Source of the DNA: Hydrolagus colliei
Taxonomy: Eukaryota
Reading direction: 5' to 3'
NCBI GenBank assembly: GCA_035084275.1
Contig: CM068746.1
Location: forward strand, 29,574,001 to 29,638,000
DNA length: 64,000 nt
Part shown: positions 52,554 through 63,825 of the stretch, one piece after another
How the letters are laid out: each line of letters begins with the position of its first letter
How positions within the stretch are numbered: the first letter of the stretch is position 1
Translations under genes and position numbers: made by a program
Notes under the pieces: generated by a model
Seen by the model: only the letters and a program-made list of their open reading frames with translations
Databases searched by the model: none
Told to the model about the DNA's origin: nothing

Positions 52554-55214
52554 TCGTTCAGAAGAAATTAACTTCTTGTTTTGTTCAGGTGGATATTTTC
52601 AGCTCCCGTGTTTTTCAAAGCTGTTAGGATGTTTCTGGAATGTTCTGGCCACAAATCTCCTGATTTTTTAAAAGAAAATTACTTCATAACTATATTGCAA
52701 AACATTGCTGTGTGCACATTACCTACCACATTCTCTGTAAAATAGTCACTACATTTTTCATAAACTTGTGTGAACTGAGTTTCAATGTGATAAGGTGCTT
52801 AGATGATAAGACCTTTCTCTTTGACCGTGCCTACAATGACACCTCCTCCACCCCCATTCTCCTGGAAGAGGGGTGCTATATAAATGCAAGTTGTTGTTGC
52901 TAAAATCAAACATTACAAAGAAGTCACAACAAAGAAATGTCACCCAGCTCAACCAGTCCATGCAACGTTTATAATCCACACAAATCCTCACCCATTCCTT
53001 CCTTCTTCCCATATCCTTTACTCCCATCTCCCTGCTGTGAAGGTTCAGCTTCCTCTTGAACACATCTATAAAGTGCTCCGAGACACTACCCCTCATGAAG
53101 GGCGCGATATTGTATTTTATATTATCTGATTCAACCGAGCAAGGATTCACCCAAGACTGGTCTCAAGTCACAAAATTCTTCCAAAACATAATGTGCTTTC
53201 CTCCCTTTATTATTCTCCCACACAAGTTTTTCGCACCTCAGGAAATGCTCTCCTGGAGTCTGGAAGCTATTGTTGGTGAGTTTGCCTATTCAGGTAATCA
53301 CAACCAGCATCAACATGCACAAGCTAATAATAATAGAATAATATCAATCAATATTATATTTATTTATATTTCACGACAAGAGGACGTCCCAAGGCGCTGA
53401 ACAGTTAGGTAGGGAACAGAGTGTGGGGGGAGGGGTGTCCGGGTTAGGGGTAATGAGAGTAGGAAAATTGTATATTTGTGGGCAAAACTTGGTAGCCAAA
53501 TTGCGCACAACAGTGTCCCACAAACAGTCACGGAAGTGAGGCCAGGGGAGAAAGGTGGAAAAGAGGGTAAGGTGAGTGGGAGGGAAAGGTGAGGGGGGGT
53601 GTTAAAATCAGGTAGGTAGGGGGAAAAGGGGGGGAAGGGAAGGAGGGAAGAAGAAGGGTGGGAAATATGGAGGAGGCACAGGAATAATCAGAAGCAGAAA
53701 CCATGTATTTATCTGCGAGTCATTGTGGGTCTCACACCACCATACAATCTCAGTAGACACTGAAAATTAGACCTGTAAAACTCAAAATGCATTTACTCAA
53801 GTTATATAAAAAAATTGTAAAGTCGATTTTTTTCTCCCTTAAAGTACCACTGATGTGTGGACTCAAATAATTCACTTGCAACTTGAATGAAAATAAGACA
53901 TGGGTAAAGTAATAAATGTGAAATTTCTAGTTTGGGTTTTCCTGTTGTGCAAACACAAATATCGGCCTATTCATCCCACCTCATACCCTTGCTGCCATTC
54001 TATCAGGTCACAATACTTGTACTTTGTATCAATTAATCATTGCTTGTATCAATTCCACTTAAGTGTGACTGGCTTCGTTTGTGAAAAATACATAGTATAC
54101 AGTACTGGTGAAAAAAATAATTTGAGTTTCATGAACAAAAAGTATAAATTGTTGAGTAATAATCCTAGGAGATACACTGAAACACAGAACATGAAATCCT
54201 GTAAAATGCCACTATTGTGAGGAAGTGTTCAGGATGAAAGCTAATTGTTTCTACCTATCAGAAATCAGCTTCTTTATGAAAACTGGATATAGGATCAGAA
54301 AGCAAACTGTTGGAAAGAATGCACAAAGCTGCAGGTTAATAAGCTATTAGGGAGAGTCAGCAGGTGGGTGGCAGCTGCAAGAACAAATTGAAATCCCAGT
54401 ATTAATTTGATACATTTTATAAATATACAGATAAGCTGGCATTGCTCAAATTTCCAATATAAAACAGCTTTTTTCAATATCCTTCTTCTGTAATGCCATT
54501 TTACACAGGAATAAACATTACAAACTGCATATAGTGACACCACTTTATGGATGAACTACATTGTATTAATTCATTCAATAAATCAATTTAGAAGATTGAG
54601 ATAAAGGATGATGAAGTAATCGCATTTATTGTCTTCAAATATTGCATTTCTGTCTCCACTGTTTCCTACGTCTTTGCCATTTTAAATAGCTTTCCAATAA
54701 TTAAAGCATATTTCTCTCTTTTCTAATCACTTCACATTGGTTTTGAAACATCAAATATTGTCTGCAGCAGTTGCCAGTTTGAAGGATAGATGGATGGATT
54801 AAAGCAAAAATAACTCATCACAAGAAATTGATGGACAAACAAAGTGCTTGTTGTTAATCCTCCTGTGATAACATTCGGGATATTTCACACTAAATTGAGA
54901 AATTAATTGAAAAACATAGTATAAACACAGAAGTCACTGGGAATATGCAGCATCATCCATGGAGAAAGGAAAATTAGTTAACGTTTCAGGACTGGAGAAT
55001 GTTGGAAGGGAGCAGATTTTTAAGGATAAGCAAAGAAGGGGGCTGGAAAGAATGATTGAAAGAAACATTTTTAAATGGAGGATAGATGATGAATTTAGAG
55101 CTGTTCATGGTGGCAATGGCAATTGGGGGATTGTAGGACGAATAGATGCATCTAACAACCAGAGGATGTGTTGATAGTTATAGAAGGGGGCGGGGGCAAA
55201 GCTGAGAGGTGTGT

Positions 55215-55562
55215 GCTCTGCACCCCACTACCTCTCTGACCTCTCTTCACAACAGTACCCGTTGCCTTCTTTCCACCAGGTCTGGCCTCCTCCTTGTTCC
55301 CCGAATCCTCCGCTCCACCATCAGCGGCTGTGCCGAGTCACTACGTCCCGAGGCTCTGGAACTCTCTTCCTCACTCCCTTTCCCTCACCCCTCCTTTCCT
55401 ATTTTCAGGTCTCGGCTAAAGACCTTTCTTTTCGACCGCGCTTTCGGTCACCTTCTTCCCTCTTCCCCCTGGCTCGGCCCCGGGATCCGCTATTGGGAAG
55501 AGCTCTGAGACGCCGTTCGGCACGGAGGGCACTATATAAATCCAAGTTGTTGTTGTTGTTGC
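55215..55562 (+). mobile_element. L2-type LINE 3' end, second subfamily
   Basis: Clear similarity to 19015-19365, including the (TTG)n tail. Confidence 0.85.
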
Positions 55563-55639
55563 TGTGGTTAGGGTCTGAAGGAAGTGGGTGAAATCAATGT
55601 TGAGGCCAGAGGGTAAGGTGCCCGAGAGGTGGATGAATA

Positions 55640-56062
55640 CATAGTTGCATTTGATATAGCACAAATCCTGTTGTCATGGTACATGGACATGGTAAAGAGC
55701 TGCCTGGGATAGATTGTAAAGTGTCGTGACTGCATCTTTTGATTACAAATTTCAACATCCAATTTGTTCACAGCAATATCCCACAAACAACCATGCAGTG
55801 AATGACCAATTTTCTTCTGGGGAAGAAATGTCTTTTTGTCCTTTTTTTTTGGAATAGTGCCATGGGAATTTTAACATCCACTTAAACAGGCAGATGGGAC
55901 CTCAATTTTCCATATGAACAGCACCTCTAAAAATGTACACTCTCCCCAGCACTCTATTAAGAGTGTCAGCCTCGACTTGGAGGCTCAAAATCCCAACTTG
56001 GGACTTGAACCTATCACCTTCTGACTCAAAGGCAAGTTGTTGTGCCCAAACTCAAACTGAGA
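55640..56062 (-). mobile_element. Deu-domain SINE (SacSINE1/AmnSINE1-like)
   Basis: tagtgccatgggaattttaacatccac...ggcagatgggacctc...gagtgtcagcct...gggacttgaacc...ccttctgactca resembles the reverse complement of the DeuSINE central domain and tRNA head as I recall it. Fragments also at about 21935-21965 and 22980-23050. Confidence 0.7.
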
Positions 56063-56194
56063 GAATTGATAGGAACATTGCCGTTTGGAAAAATTGACCG
56101 CCATGTCTTTGTCTGCCCTGGTCGAGAGCAGAGTGGCCACCAAATTCTACAGAAAATGAAAAAGGTTGAAGTAGATTTCCTAGATATAGTAGTA

Positions 56195-56525
56195 CAGTAA
56201 AAGCCTATTTATCCGGCACGCTCCAGAGGATCGACTAATGGACTGTGCCGGATAATTGGATGGCAAGTTACCGAAAATCCAACACAGAAAATTAACTTAT
56301 TTTAAAACATACCATATTAATACACTAAATAGTAAACCGAATATTGTATGGCTACTTACCAATAAAGATTCCAATACACTTGGTAAAAACCTCCAAGTTC
56401 GTAAGTTTAATAAGTGCGCAATGCGAGCATAGTGAGCATACTCGCAATTGCTGGAATGGGGAATTGCCCCGGGAGGGGGTCGAGCAATCCGGTTGATCGG
56501 GTCACGGATAAACAGGCTTTTAGTG
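56195..56525. mobile_element. MITE family B variant
   Basis: TA|CAGTAAAAGCCTATTTATCCGGCAC ... GGATAAACAGGCTTTTAGTG|TA. Confidence 0.88.
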
Positions 56526-57379
56526 TATTTATAAAGTAAAGATTGAGAAGAACATTTTTCTCTTGCCAGGAGGCAACTGAGCCACCTCAGGCAAAACCAC
56601 CAATAAAGAGGTTGATGAAAAGTTAGGTACCATTTCATAATTTGCCTCTCCTGTGAGATTACAATTTTCACAATGACACAATTCAAAGACTGGAGATACA
56701 CTCAGTGTTATCAGGTGATAGTAAACCAGTCAGTTCTTCTAGGAAACCACAATTGTTCTTCTGGGGTTAACCAGAAGTTTGGTATACATGAACAAGCTCA
56801 GTGATGTGCTTGTCCAAGGTGAGGAAACAAGCTTCATGACAAAATAAAGAAGCTTTCAACCATGTTTAAAACTTACTCTTGAGACAAAATGTTTGGCCAT
56901 CAGATTTTGGCCAGCTCATTACATGTGGACACAGAATCTGTTTATTCAACCATCTTTATTGACACAGACTTCACACTCAATCCCTTTTTTCTATTCTGAA
57001 GAAAAATAACTTGTGGGTGTTGATATCAGCGGTTGAAGTTGATGCCTACCTTCTTCCCACATTTGAATAACCTGTCATCACTCATTGCCTAAGGTCAAGC
57101 ATTAAGAAACGTGAGAGTGGCCCAGAGTTGCAGGTGGTTGTGAAACTACGTTTGGAGTTATTGCATTTGGATGGAGAGAAAGTGAGAGGTTGGAAACCAT
57201 TTTCCATTTTTTGTGTTCATTGAATTGATATTTGCTCAATTTCAAGCTCCTACAAGGACTTGGATTGTATTTCTGATTTTCAGACATGTATAATGTGGGT
57301 CAACAATATTTCAAGTCAAAAACTCAAACTTTCAAATGTGTGCAATTACTACGAACAAACACCTTTTTTTTTCCAGAAG

Positions 57380-57533
57380 AGTAAATGGATAAAGGGATTA
57401 AGGGACGGATAAGGGGATAAAGCGGGTGGGTGGAGTTAGATTAGAGGATCAGCCATGATCTTATTGAATGGCAGGGCAGGCTCGAGGGGCCGAATGTCCT
57501 ACTCCTGCTCCTAATTTTTATGTTCTTATGATC
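57380..57533 (+). mobile_element. CR1-type LINE 3' end
   Basis: gatcagccatgatcttattgaatggcagggcaggctcgaggggccgaatgtcctactcctgctcct...ttatgttcttatg, typical of a CR1 3'UTR with short tandem tail. Related minus-strand remnants at about 7580-7690, 12790-13090 and 52910-53070. Confidence 0.75.
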
Positions 57534-57621
57534 TTTGACTTCAAGGGCTTAATGACTTAAGGTCATTAAACAAAGTTATTAAATTAATATTATATTTCAC
57601 AAGGTACTTCAGTGGAACCAC

Positions 57622-58048
57622 ATAATAATACTTGAATTTGATATAGCGCTTTTCCTGTCTTCTAGACGTCGCAAAGCGCTTCACAGAATATACTGTACAG
57701 TGAACAGACTGTATATTTGTGAGTGAAATGCGGCAACCAATTGCGTACACCAATGTCCCACAAACAGTCGTGAATTGAATCAGCGCCTTGAGACGTCCTC
57801 CCAACATGAAAGGCGCTATAGAAATTTAATTTTGTTGTTGATGAACGACCAAATTATTATTTTTTGGGAAGGATTGTCATCCCCGGAAATGCAATCTGCC
57901 AATCAACTAACAACTGGGTTCCTACTTACTGCTTTTTAAACAGAGGTGTGTGGAGTAAGGAAACTTGCCCAAAATATCACCCTGCTGGGAATCTAACCCA
58001 GGTCTCTTGCTTATGAAGCGAGTGCTCAAACCACTGAGCTATAGGAAC
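57622..58048 (-). mobile_element. SINE family A with a 60-bp L2 tail inserted
   Basis: Full SINE; plus-strand L2 tail at 57781-57841. Confidence 0.85.
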
Positions 58049-58110
58049 CCACATTAGTTGCATAATTTATATGCTACTGATGTGCTAGTAGCATGCAAAT
58101 TATTTCATTA

Positions 58111-58145
58111 TTTATTTTATCAGAAGTCACACTTTACATTTTAAT
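58111..58145 (-). terminator. Probable ZCRB1 polyadenylation signals
   Basis: ATTAAA (58140-58145) and AATAAA (58111-58116) on the minus strand, about 530-560 nt after the stop codon. Confidence 0.5.
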
Positions 58146-58674
58146 TAAATTGTGTAAACATTTTCAAGAAGAGAATTCTAAGGTAATGAAAACAAGCATC
58201 TCGTTTTCTAAATGGATGTGCACATGACTTATGCATCTATGACTTGTGACAATTAGGTTTTCGTTAACCAATTAAGTAACATGAATGACACATTTAGTCT
58301 GTTGAATCAGCAAAATTTCCATCATATAAAGAATCAAGTTTCTTGCTCTGTGTGATCCACAGTCCTCTCTCTTATCCAAAGCTGTGTGTATATGGTGTGT
58401 GTGTGCTGGGGAGGGGGGGGGGGGGGTTGGGGGCAGGGCAGAGGGAGACGGCACAGTCTAGTCATAGAAGAGCCTTATACAGCAAGGCTAGTTTTATGAA
58501 GAAATGCACTTCCAATATGCACAAGTAGAAACAAACGCATCCAATTTGTTGTAAATATTATTCGTCCTCCATAGGAGCCTCGAGGCTGTAACCTAAATAA
58601 ACCTAACCTGCTTTTCTGGTAATCAGATCTCCAGGTTGGATTCCTTTTCCGAGCAATGCTACAGATCCCAATCT

Positions 58675-58815
58675 CTAGTCACTCAGCTCTTCTTCATCAC
58701 TGAAATAGGCACTCTTCTTTATCCGGGGGCGCCTTGATAGGCCGGATGCTGATGATTCCCCAGTGTCCTCAGCTGTCTGTTTACGTCTAACTTCCTCCTC
58801 CTCAATCTTTGCTTG
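58675..58815 (-). CDS. ZCRB1: ZCRB1 last coding exon
   Basis: ttaatcag|CAA GCA AAG...AGT GAC TAG; [46 protein letters not shown]. The C-terminus matches the known ...[10 protein letters not shown] end. Confidence 0.96.
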   Translation of the reverse strand, partial: QAKIEEEEVRRKQTAEDTGESSASGLSRRPRIKKSAYFSDEEELSD

Positions 58816-59764
58816 CTGATTAAAACAAGAAGCAAACTAAAATCATTTTCTGGATATTATGATATTGTACGTAATATTATCAAATTCAGAAATGTCTTAT
58901 CAAATCTTCTGAGGTGTCTCAAAGCACTTCACAATATTTTCTGTTAAGTGTAATCACTGTATTTTTGCAGGGAAAACCAGCAGCTAATTTACACACAGCA
59001 ATGTCCCAAATCCATGAAGTGAATGACTAATATTATCTAGGGGATTGATGGCTAGGACATAACTTAACATAAAGGTAATCTTAAATTGGTTTGATTGATC
59101 ACACCTTTGATTTTATAATATAGCAGCCAATCACTGCGTTTTGCATTCAAAATACAGTTTATTCTGTGAAGCATTTTGAGATGTCTCGAAGACGTGATAA
59201 GGCTCTATATAACAATTCTTGCGTTTGACGTTTTTCACGTCTTCCAGACATCTCAAAGCGCTTCACAGAATATACCGTAAAGTGAATTGACACATATATA
59301 TATGTGTGCGTGGGTGAAATGCAGCAGCTAATTGCGCACAGCAGTGTCCCACAAACTGTCATGGATTGAAATGACCAATTTATAATTGTTTTTTTCTATA
59401 TCAGATGCAAGGATTGTTGTTATTATTTATAAGTACAGTACAATATTATGCCTGACATTAAAATTGCACAGGAAATGAACAATATAAGGAATGATATAAG
59501 GTATTGTACAATTTTACTTTATTTAAAATTAAATTTCTTAGTTAGTTAGGAACCAAACCCTTTATCTGCTTATTTTCATAACAATCACATGACACCACAA
59601 AAGATGAACTGCAGTACTGCCAAAACCACAGTAAAGTCAAGCAAAAGAAGCAATAGACCTGCATTTGACTTGAGTTACAGTTGATCTCAGTATATAGATA
59701 AGGTATTATATCAAAAGGTGGTTAACATCCCCATCATATTTCCCAAGTATTTTGTAAATGTACA

Positions 59765-60642
59765 CAGGTAGACCCCGCTTACCGGACACCCGGTTAACGA
59801 AACTTCACTATAACGAGGGTTTCTATTTGTACCACTTCTCCGCTTAACAAAGGCTGCTTTCGCTATAACGAATGTTTACACACACTTTAAACCTCGCGGG
59901 CTTTTCGTGCGCAGCTTTTCATGTGCAGCTTCTCTCTGATTGCCCAGCAACACACACACAGTCTTTAGCGTGCCTCAGTTAAGCAGTGCAGCCCCTCCCA
60001 TATGGGAGGAGCTTAAGCGGCAGGATGCTTTGTGGCTTCAATAATAGTAAGTCAAGATATGGGGGGGTGGTGAAGATAGAGAGTGGAGGGGATAGATAGA
60101 TGGGGGGGGTTGTTGGGAGGGAGGGGAAGGGGGGTTGTTGGGAGGGAGGGGAAGGGGGATAGAGGGGAGGGGGAAAAGAGAGGAGAGGGGGATAGAGAGA
60201 TAGAGAGGAGGGCGGGATAGAGAGGGAGGGGGGGAATAGAGAGGGAGGGGAGGGGGATAGAGATAGAGAGGGGAGGGGGGGTAGAGAGAAAGGGAGGAAG
60301 GGTGGGTAGAGAGAAAGAGAGGTGGGGGAAGAAGAAAGAAGCGCATCCCGAGTCAGGAAATCTGTGAAGACCTGGCCTAGAGCAGATAGGATTGGCGTTT
60401 TTATTCCTATAATTTTTGTCACATTCCGGATTCCGGAACTCCGGACTTTTGGCTGATCAACCTGAACACCGAAAATGTTAGCGCTAGGAACCGCTAGGAA
60501 CTAAACAGATTTTAGTGGGGAGGCTCGGGTCGGGGCGGCGTTTTGGCTATTGCCAAATATAGTTAAACTCTCGCTTAACAAAATTTTTGCTTAACAAAGG
60601 ATTTTAAAGTCCCTAACGCCTTTGTTAAGCGGGATCTACCTG
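59765..60642. mobile_element. Tigger-like MITE with GA-rich interior (last ZCRB1 intron)
   Basis: CAGGTAGACCCCGCTTA ... TAAGCGGGATCTACCTG|TA; repeated subterminal cgcttaac/ctataacg motifs. Confidence 0.85.
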
Positions 60643-60839
60643 TACTCAAGCAAGACTATAAAGTAGCAACCAATCAATTAAGTATTCTGAGCCATCAATC
60701 AAACATTGTAATGCCAAATAGTGAGAGTTGCAATATTTGTTTCAAAGCTACATCAAAATATTCTACAGAAACCAAGATAAAGAGAAATTATAGATTAGTT
60801 ACCTGTGTTTTTTACTGCATTATTATTGCGGCTACAGTA

Positions 60840-61194
60840 CAGTAAAAGCCCGTTTATCCGGCACCCAATCAACCGGAATGCTCAACTCCCTCCCGGGCAA
60901 TTCCCCATTCTAGCAATCGCGAGTATGCTCACTTTGAGCATGCGCATTAAGAACTTGGAGGTTTTTAACCGCTCGGTAAAAAAATGCTTTTTACCGATCT
61001 TTTTACCAAGTGTGCTGAAATCTTTATTGGTAAGTAGCCATACAATATTCTGTTACTATTTAGTATATTATTAATATAGTATGTTTTAAAATAAGTTAAT
61101 TTTTTGTGTTGGATTTTCAGCAACTTGCCGCCCGTTTATCCGGCATAGTCAATTAGTCGACCCCCGAGCGTGCCGGATAAACGGACTTTTACTG
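60840..61194. mobile_element. MITE family B variant (inverted relative to 56195-56525)
   Basis: TA|CAGTAAAAGCCCGTTTATCCGGCAC ... GTGCCGGATAAACGGACTTTTACTG|TA. Confidence 0.9.
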
Positions 61195-61215
61195 TATTTT
61201 ATTGAAATTGTGTAC

Positions 61216-61294
61216 CTGGAAAGCAATAGCTTGGCTCAGGCTATCGAGGGCAGGGTCTTCTCCTTCATCTTCACTTTCCTCTTCCTCGTCTTCA
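61216..61294 (-). CDS. ZCRB1: ZCRB1 exon (acidic segment)
   Basis: ttttcag|T GAA GAC...TTC CAG|gtacac; 79 nt; EDEEEESEDEGEDPALDSLSQAIAFQ. Confidence 0.95.
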
Positions 61295-61380
61295 CTGAAA
61301 ATACATAAGCGTTGTTTCAGAACATTGATCAAAATGAAAACCTGATCTGAGAACATCTGTTCAAATTATGATGTACAAAC

Positions 61381-61490
61381 ATTTCCTCTGGTTCGGTGGT
61401 TTTCTTCTTTTTCTTTTTCTCTTTCTTTTTTGGAGGTTCTCGTTCTCCAAGCATGTTTTTTGGGCAAGCATAACTCAAGTGTCCAGAATC
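61381..61490 (-). CDS. ZCRB1: ZCRB1 exon (CCHC knuckle end, Lys-rich segment)
   Basis: caatag|GAT TCT GGA CAC...GAA AT|gtttgt; 110 nt; [36 protein letters not shown]. Donor chosen to match the phase-2 acceptor of the next exon. Confidence 0.93.
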
Positions 61491-61706
61491 CTATTGGCAA
61501 AAATAAAACACCTTCATTAAAACTAAAAAGCAAGGAAACCTGTCTTTGTAATATTTCGAAGACTTAGGATTCATTCATATAACTGAATGTTAATGTTAAA
61601 TTGAGAGAGCATAAATTGTGTTTTAATAAATATCATGATATTGAATTACAGTAGCGACAGATACATCTTTTATTGCTCTGCATATAATGTATGCTTAAAT
61701 TAGGTA

Positions 61707-62901
61707 CCGTATATCTCCGCGTATAAGGCGCACTTTGTTTCAGGTCGGAAGATCTCGAAAGTGGGGGGTGCGCCCTATACGCAGATACAAGCAATTTTGA
61801 GCCTCGGAGATACAGTAAACAGGAGGGGCGGCCGGCGCGCTGTCAGCCGGGGTTTGGTCAGTGTCCGGCGGGGGTTGGGAGGAGCGGGTGACGGGGCTTC
61901 GGCCTCGGCCGCCCGGGCAGCGGCAGCAGCAGCGGACTCCAGTGCTGTGCTTACCTTCTGCCGAACCCAGTCTGCCTCCCTCACTCCCTGCCGCTCTCCC
62001 TCCCTCCCTCCCTCCCTCCCTGCCTGCGTGCCTGCCTGCCTCTCTCCCTCCCAGGCTGCCGACCTGCCTCTCTCCCTCTCTCTCTCCCAGGCTGCCTCTC
62101 TCCCTCTCTCTCCCGGGGTGCCGACCTGCCTCTTTCCCTCTCTCTCTCCCAGGCTGCCAGCCTGCCAGCCTGCCTCTCTCCCTCTCTCCCTCCCAGGCTG
62201 CCTCTCTCCCTCTCTCTCTCCCGGGCTGCCGACCTGCCTCTCTCCCTCTCTCTCTCCCGGGCTGCCGACCTGCCTCTCTCCCTCTCTCTCTCTCCCACGC
62301 TGCTGGCCTGCCTCTCTCCCTCTCTCTCTCCCAGGCTGCCTCTCTCCCTCTCTCTCCCGGGGTGCCGACCTGCCTCTTTCCCTCTCTCTCTCCCAGGCTG
62401 CCAGCCTGCCAGCCTGCCTCTCTCCCTCTCTCCCTCCCAGGCTGCCTCTCTCCCTCTCTCTCTCCCGGGCTGCCGACCTGCCTCTCTCCCTCTCTCTCTC
62501 CCGGGCTGCCGACCTGCCTCTCTCCCTCTCTCTCTCTCCCACGCTGCTGGCCTGCCTCTCTCCCTCTCTCTCCCGGGCTGCCGGCCTGCCGCTCTCCGTC
62601 TCTCTCTCCCGGGCTGCCGCTCTTCCTCTCTCTCTCCCGGGCTGCCGACCTGCCGCTCTCCCTCCCTCCCTCCCTCCCTCCCGGGCTGCCGGCCTGCCGC
62701 TCTCCCTCTCTCTCTCCCGGGCTGCCGACCTGCCGCTCTCCCTCCCTGCCTGCGTGCCTGCCTCTCTCCCTACCTACCTGTCTCTCCTCCCTTCTGCCGG
62801 CAATATCATTGAGAATGCTTCCGTTTTTTTTCACCAAGAAAAGGTCAAAAACGGGGGGTGCGCCTTATACGCGGGTGCGCCTTATACGCGGAGATATACG
62901 G
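61707..62901. mobile_element. Young Tc2/pogo-type non-autonomous DNA transposon in a ZCRB1 intron
   Basis: Perfect 27-bp TIRs CCGTATATCTCCGCGTATAAGGCGCAC, TA on both sides, CpGs intact; interior is a GC-rich segment plus a complex minisatellite. Confidence 0.92.
61975..62790. repeat. Complex minisatellite (about 30-35-bp units, with a higher-order duplication)
   Basis: Repeats of gggctgccgacctgcctctctccctctctctctccc; a block of about 240 bp recurs (about 62085-62325 and 62330-62570). Confidence 0.9.
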
Positions 62902-63484
62902 TATATCTGACATATCTTCACTTAAAAAGCATTGAGGAAATATTAGCTAGATTCTCAATTATGGATCCAGCACAGTTAAAAGACATTTTAAATTAGGACC
63001 CATTGGCCTGCATTTATAAGACATTACTATATGTCCAATTTTAGTTACTGTACCACTGATGTACACCACCATGGAACTTCTGGATAATTGTACATCCAAA
63101 AAAGATAAATAATAATTCTGCATCTCATCCATGGTTCTGATCATTAAGACTGTTAACAGGTAATACTAGATAATAACAACAACAAAATTACACTTGTATA
63201 ATGCCGTAACAGTTGGGATAGGGCAATTTTTGATGCTTAAGTTTTTTTTAAGAAAGTATAGACTTTCTGCCATCAGTAGAGAAGTGTAGATTTACAAAAG
63301 CCTAAATTGTATTGAATTGTGGAATGACGATTTAACAATTGATATTTTAAAAATAAAATTCAACATAAAATACCGCATGAGATAACATAATCTTATAAAA
63401 AGTGTTATTTGCACTTGGGGCAAATTATTGAGTTTTCTGTGCACAGTTAATAGCTGTTTTACAAATGAATGATTTGGTACTCAC

Positions 63485-63592
63485 TCCACATTCATAACAT
63501 CTGGATTTGTCAGTGTAATTCTTTCTTCTGATAAACTCAGAAGCTCTTCCATTGTCAACTGCAATGCTTGCCTTCACCATTCTGCCAAACAG
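63485..63592 (-). CDS. ZCRB1: ZCRB1 exon (end of RRM, start of CCHC knuckle)
   Basis: aatgcag|CTG TTT...TGT GGA|gtgagt; 108 nt; [36 protein letters not shown]. Confidence 0.96.
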
Positions 63593-63713
63593 CTGCATTT
63601 AAATTGAAACACATTAGGTGGCAATGTTGGTTAATATATTCAAAGGATCCCAAATTGTTATCTGGTTGCAAAACCTGATGAAATTAGAATGCAGATTTTT
63701 TTTCTAAACCCAC

Positions 63714-63825
63714 TTGCTTGTTGTGAAGTGCTCTTGTGCAGTTGTATGCTGATTCTCTGTCCAGAAAAAGTACAAATGCCACACCTTTACTTTTCCTAGA
63801 TTCCTTGTCCCTCAGCACCGTTACT
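63714..63825 (-). CDS. ZCRB1: ZCRB1 internal exon (RRM)
   Basis: tttgcag|A GTA ACG...AAG CAA|gtgggt; 112 nt; [37 protein letters not shown], containing the RNP1 motif KGVAFVLF. Matches ZCRB1. Confidence 0.96.

Noticed and set aside
56195-61194. Inverted MITE pair flanking the last ZCRB1 exon as an RNA-pairing device
   Set aside because: The 56195 copy lies beyond the likely poly(A) signals, so both copies are unlikely to be in the same stable transcript.
61740-62996. ORFs of 255-411 aa
   Set aside because: Translations of the minisatellite inside a TIR element; no transposase motifs.
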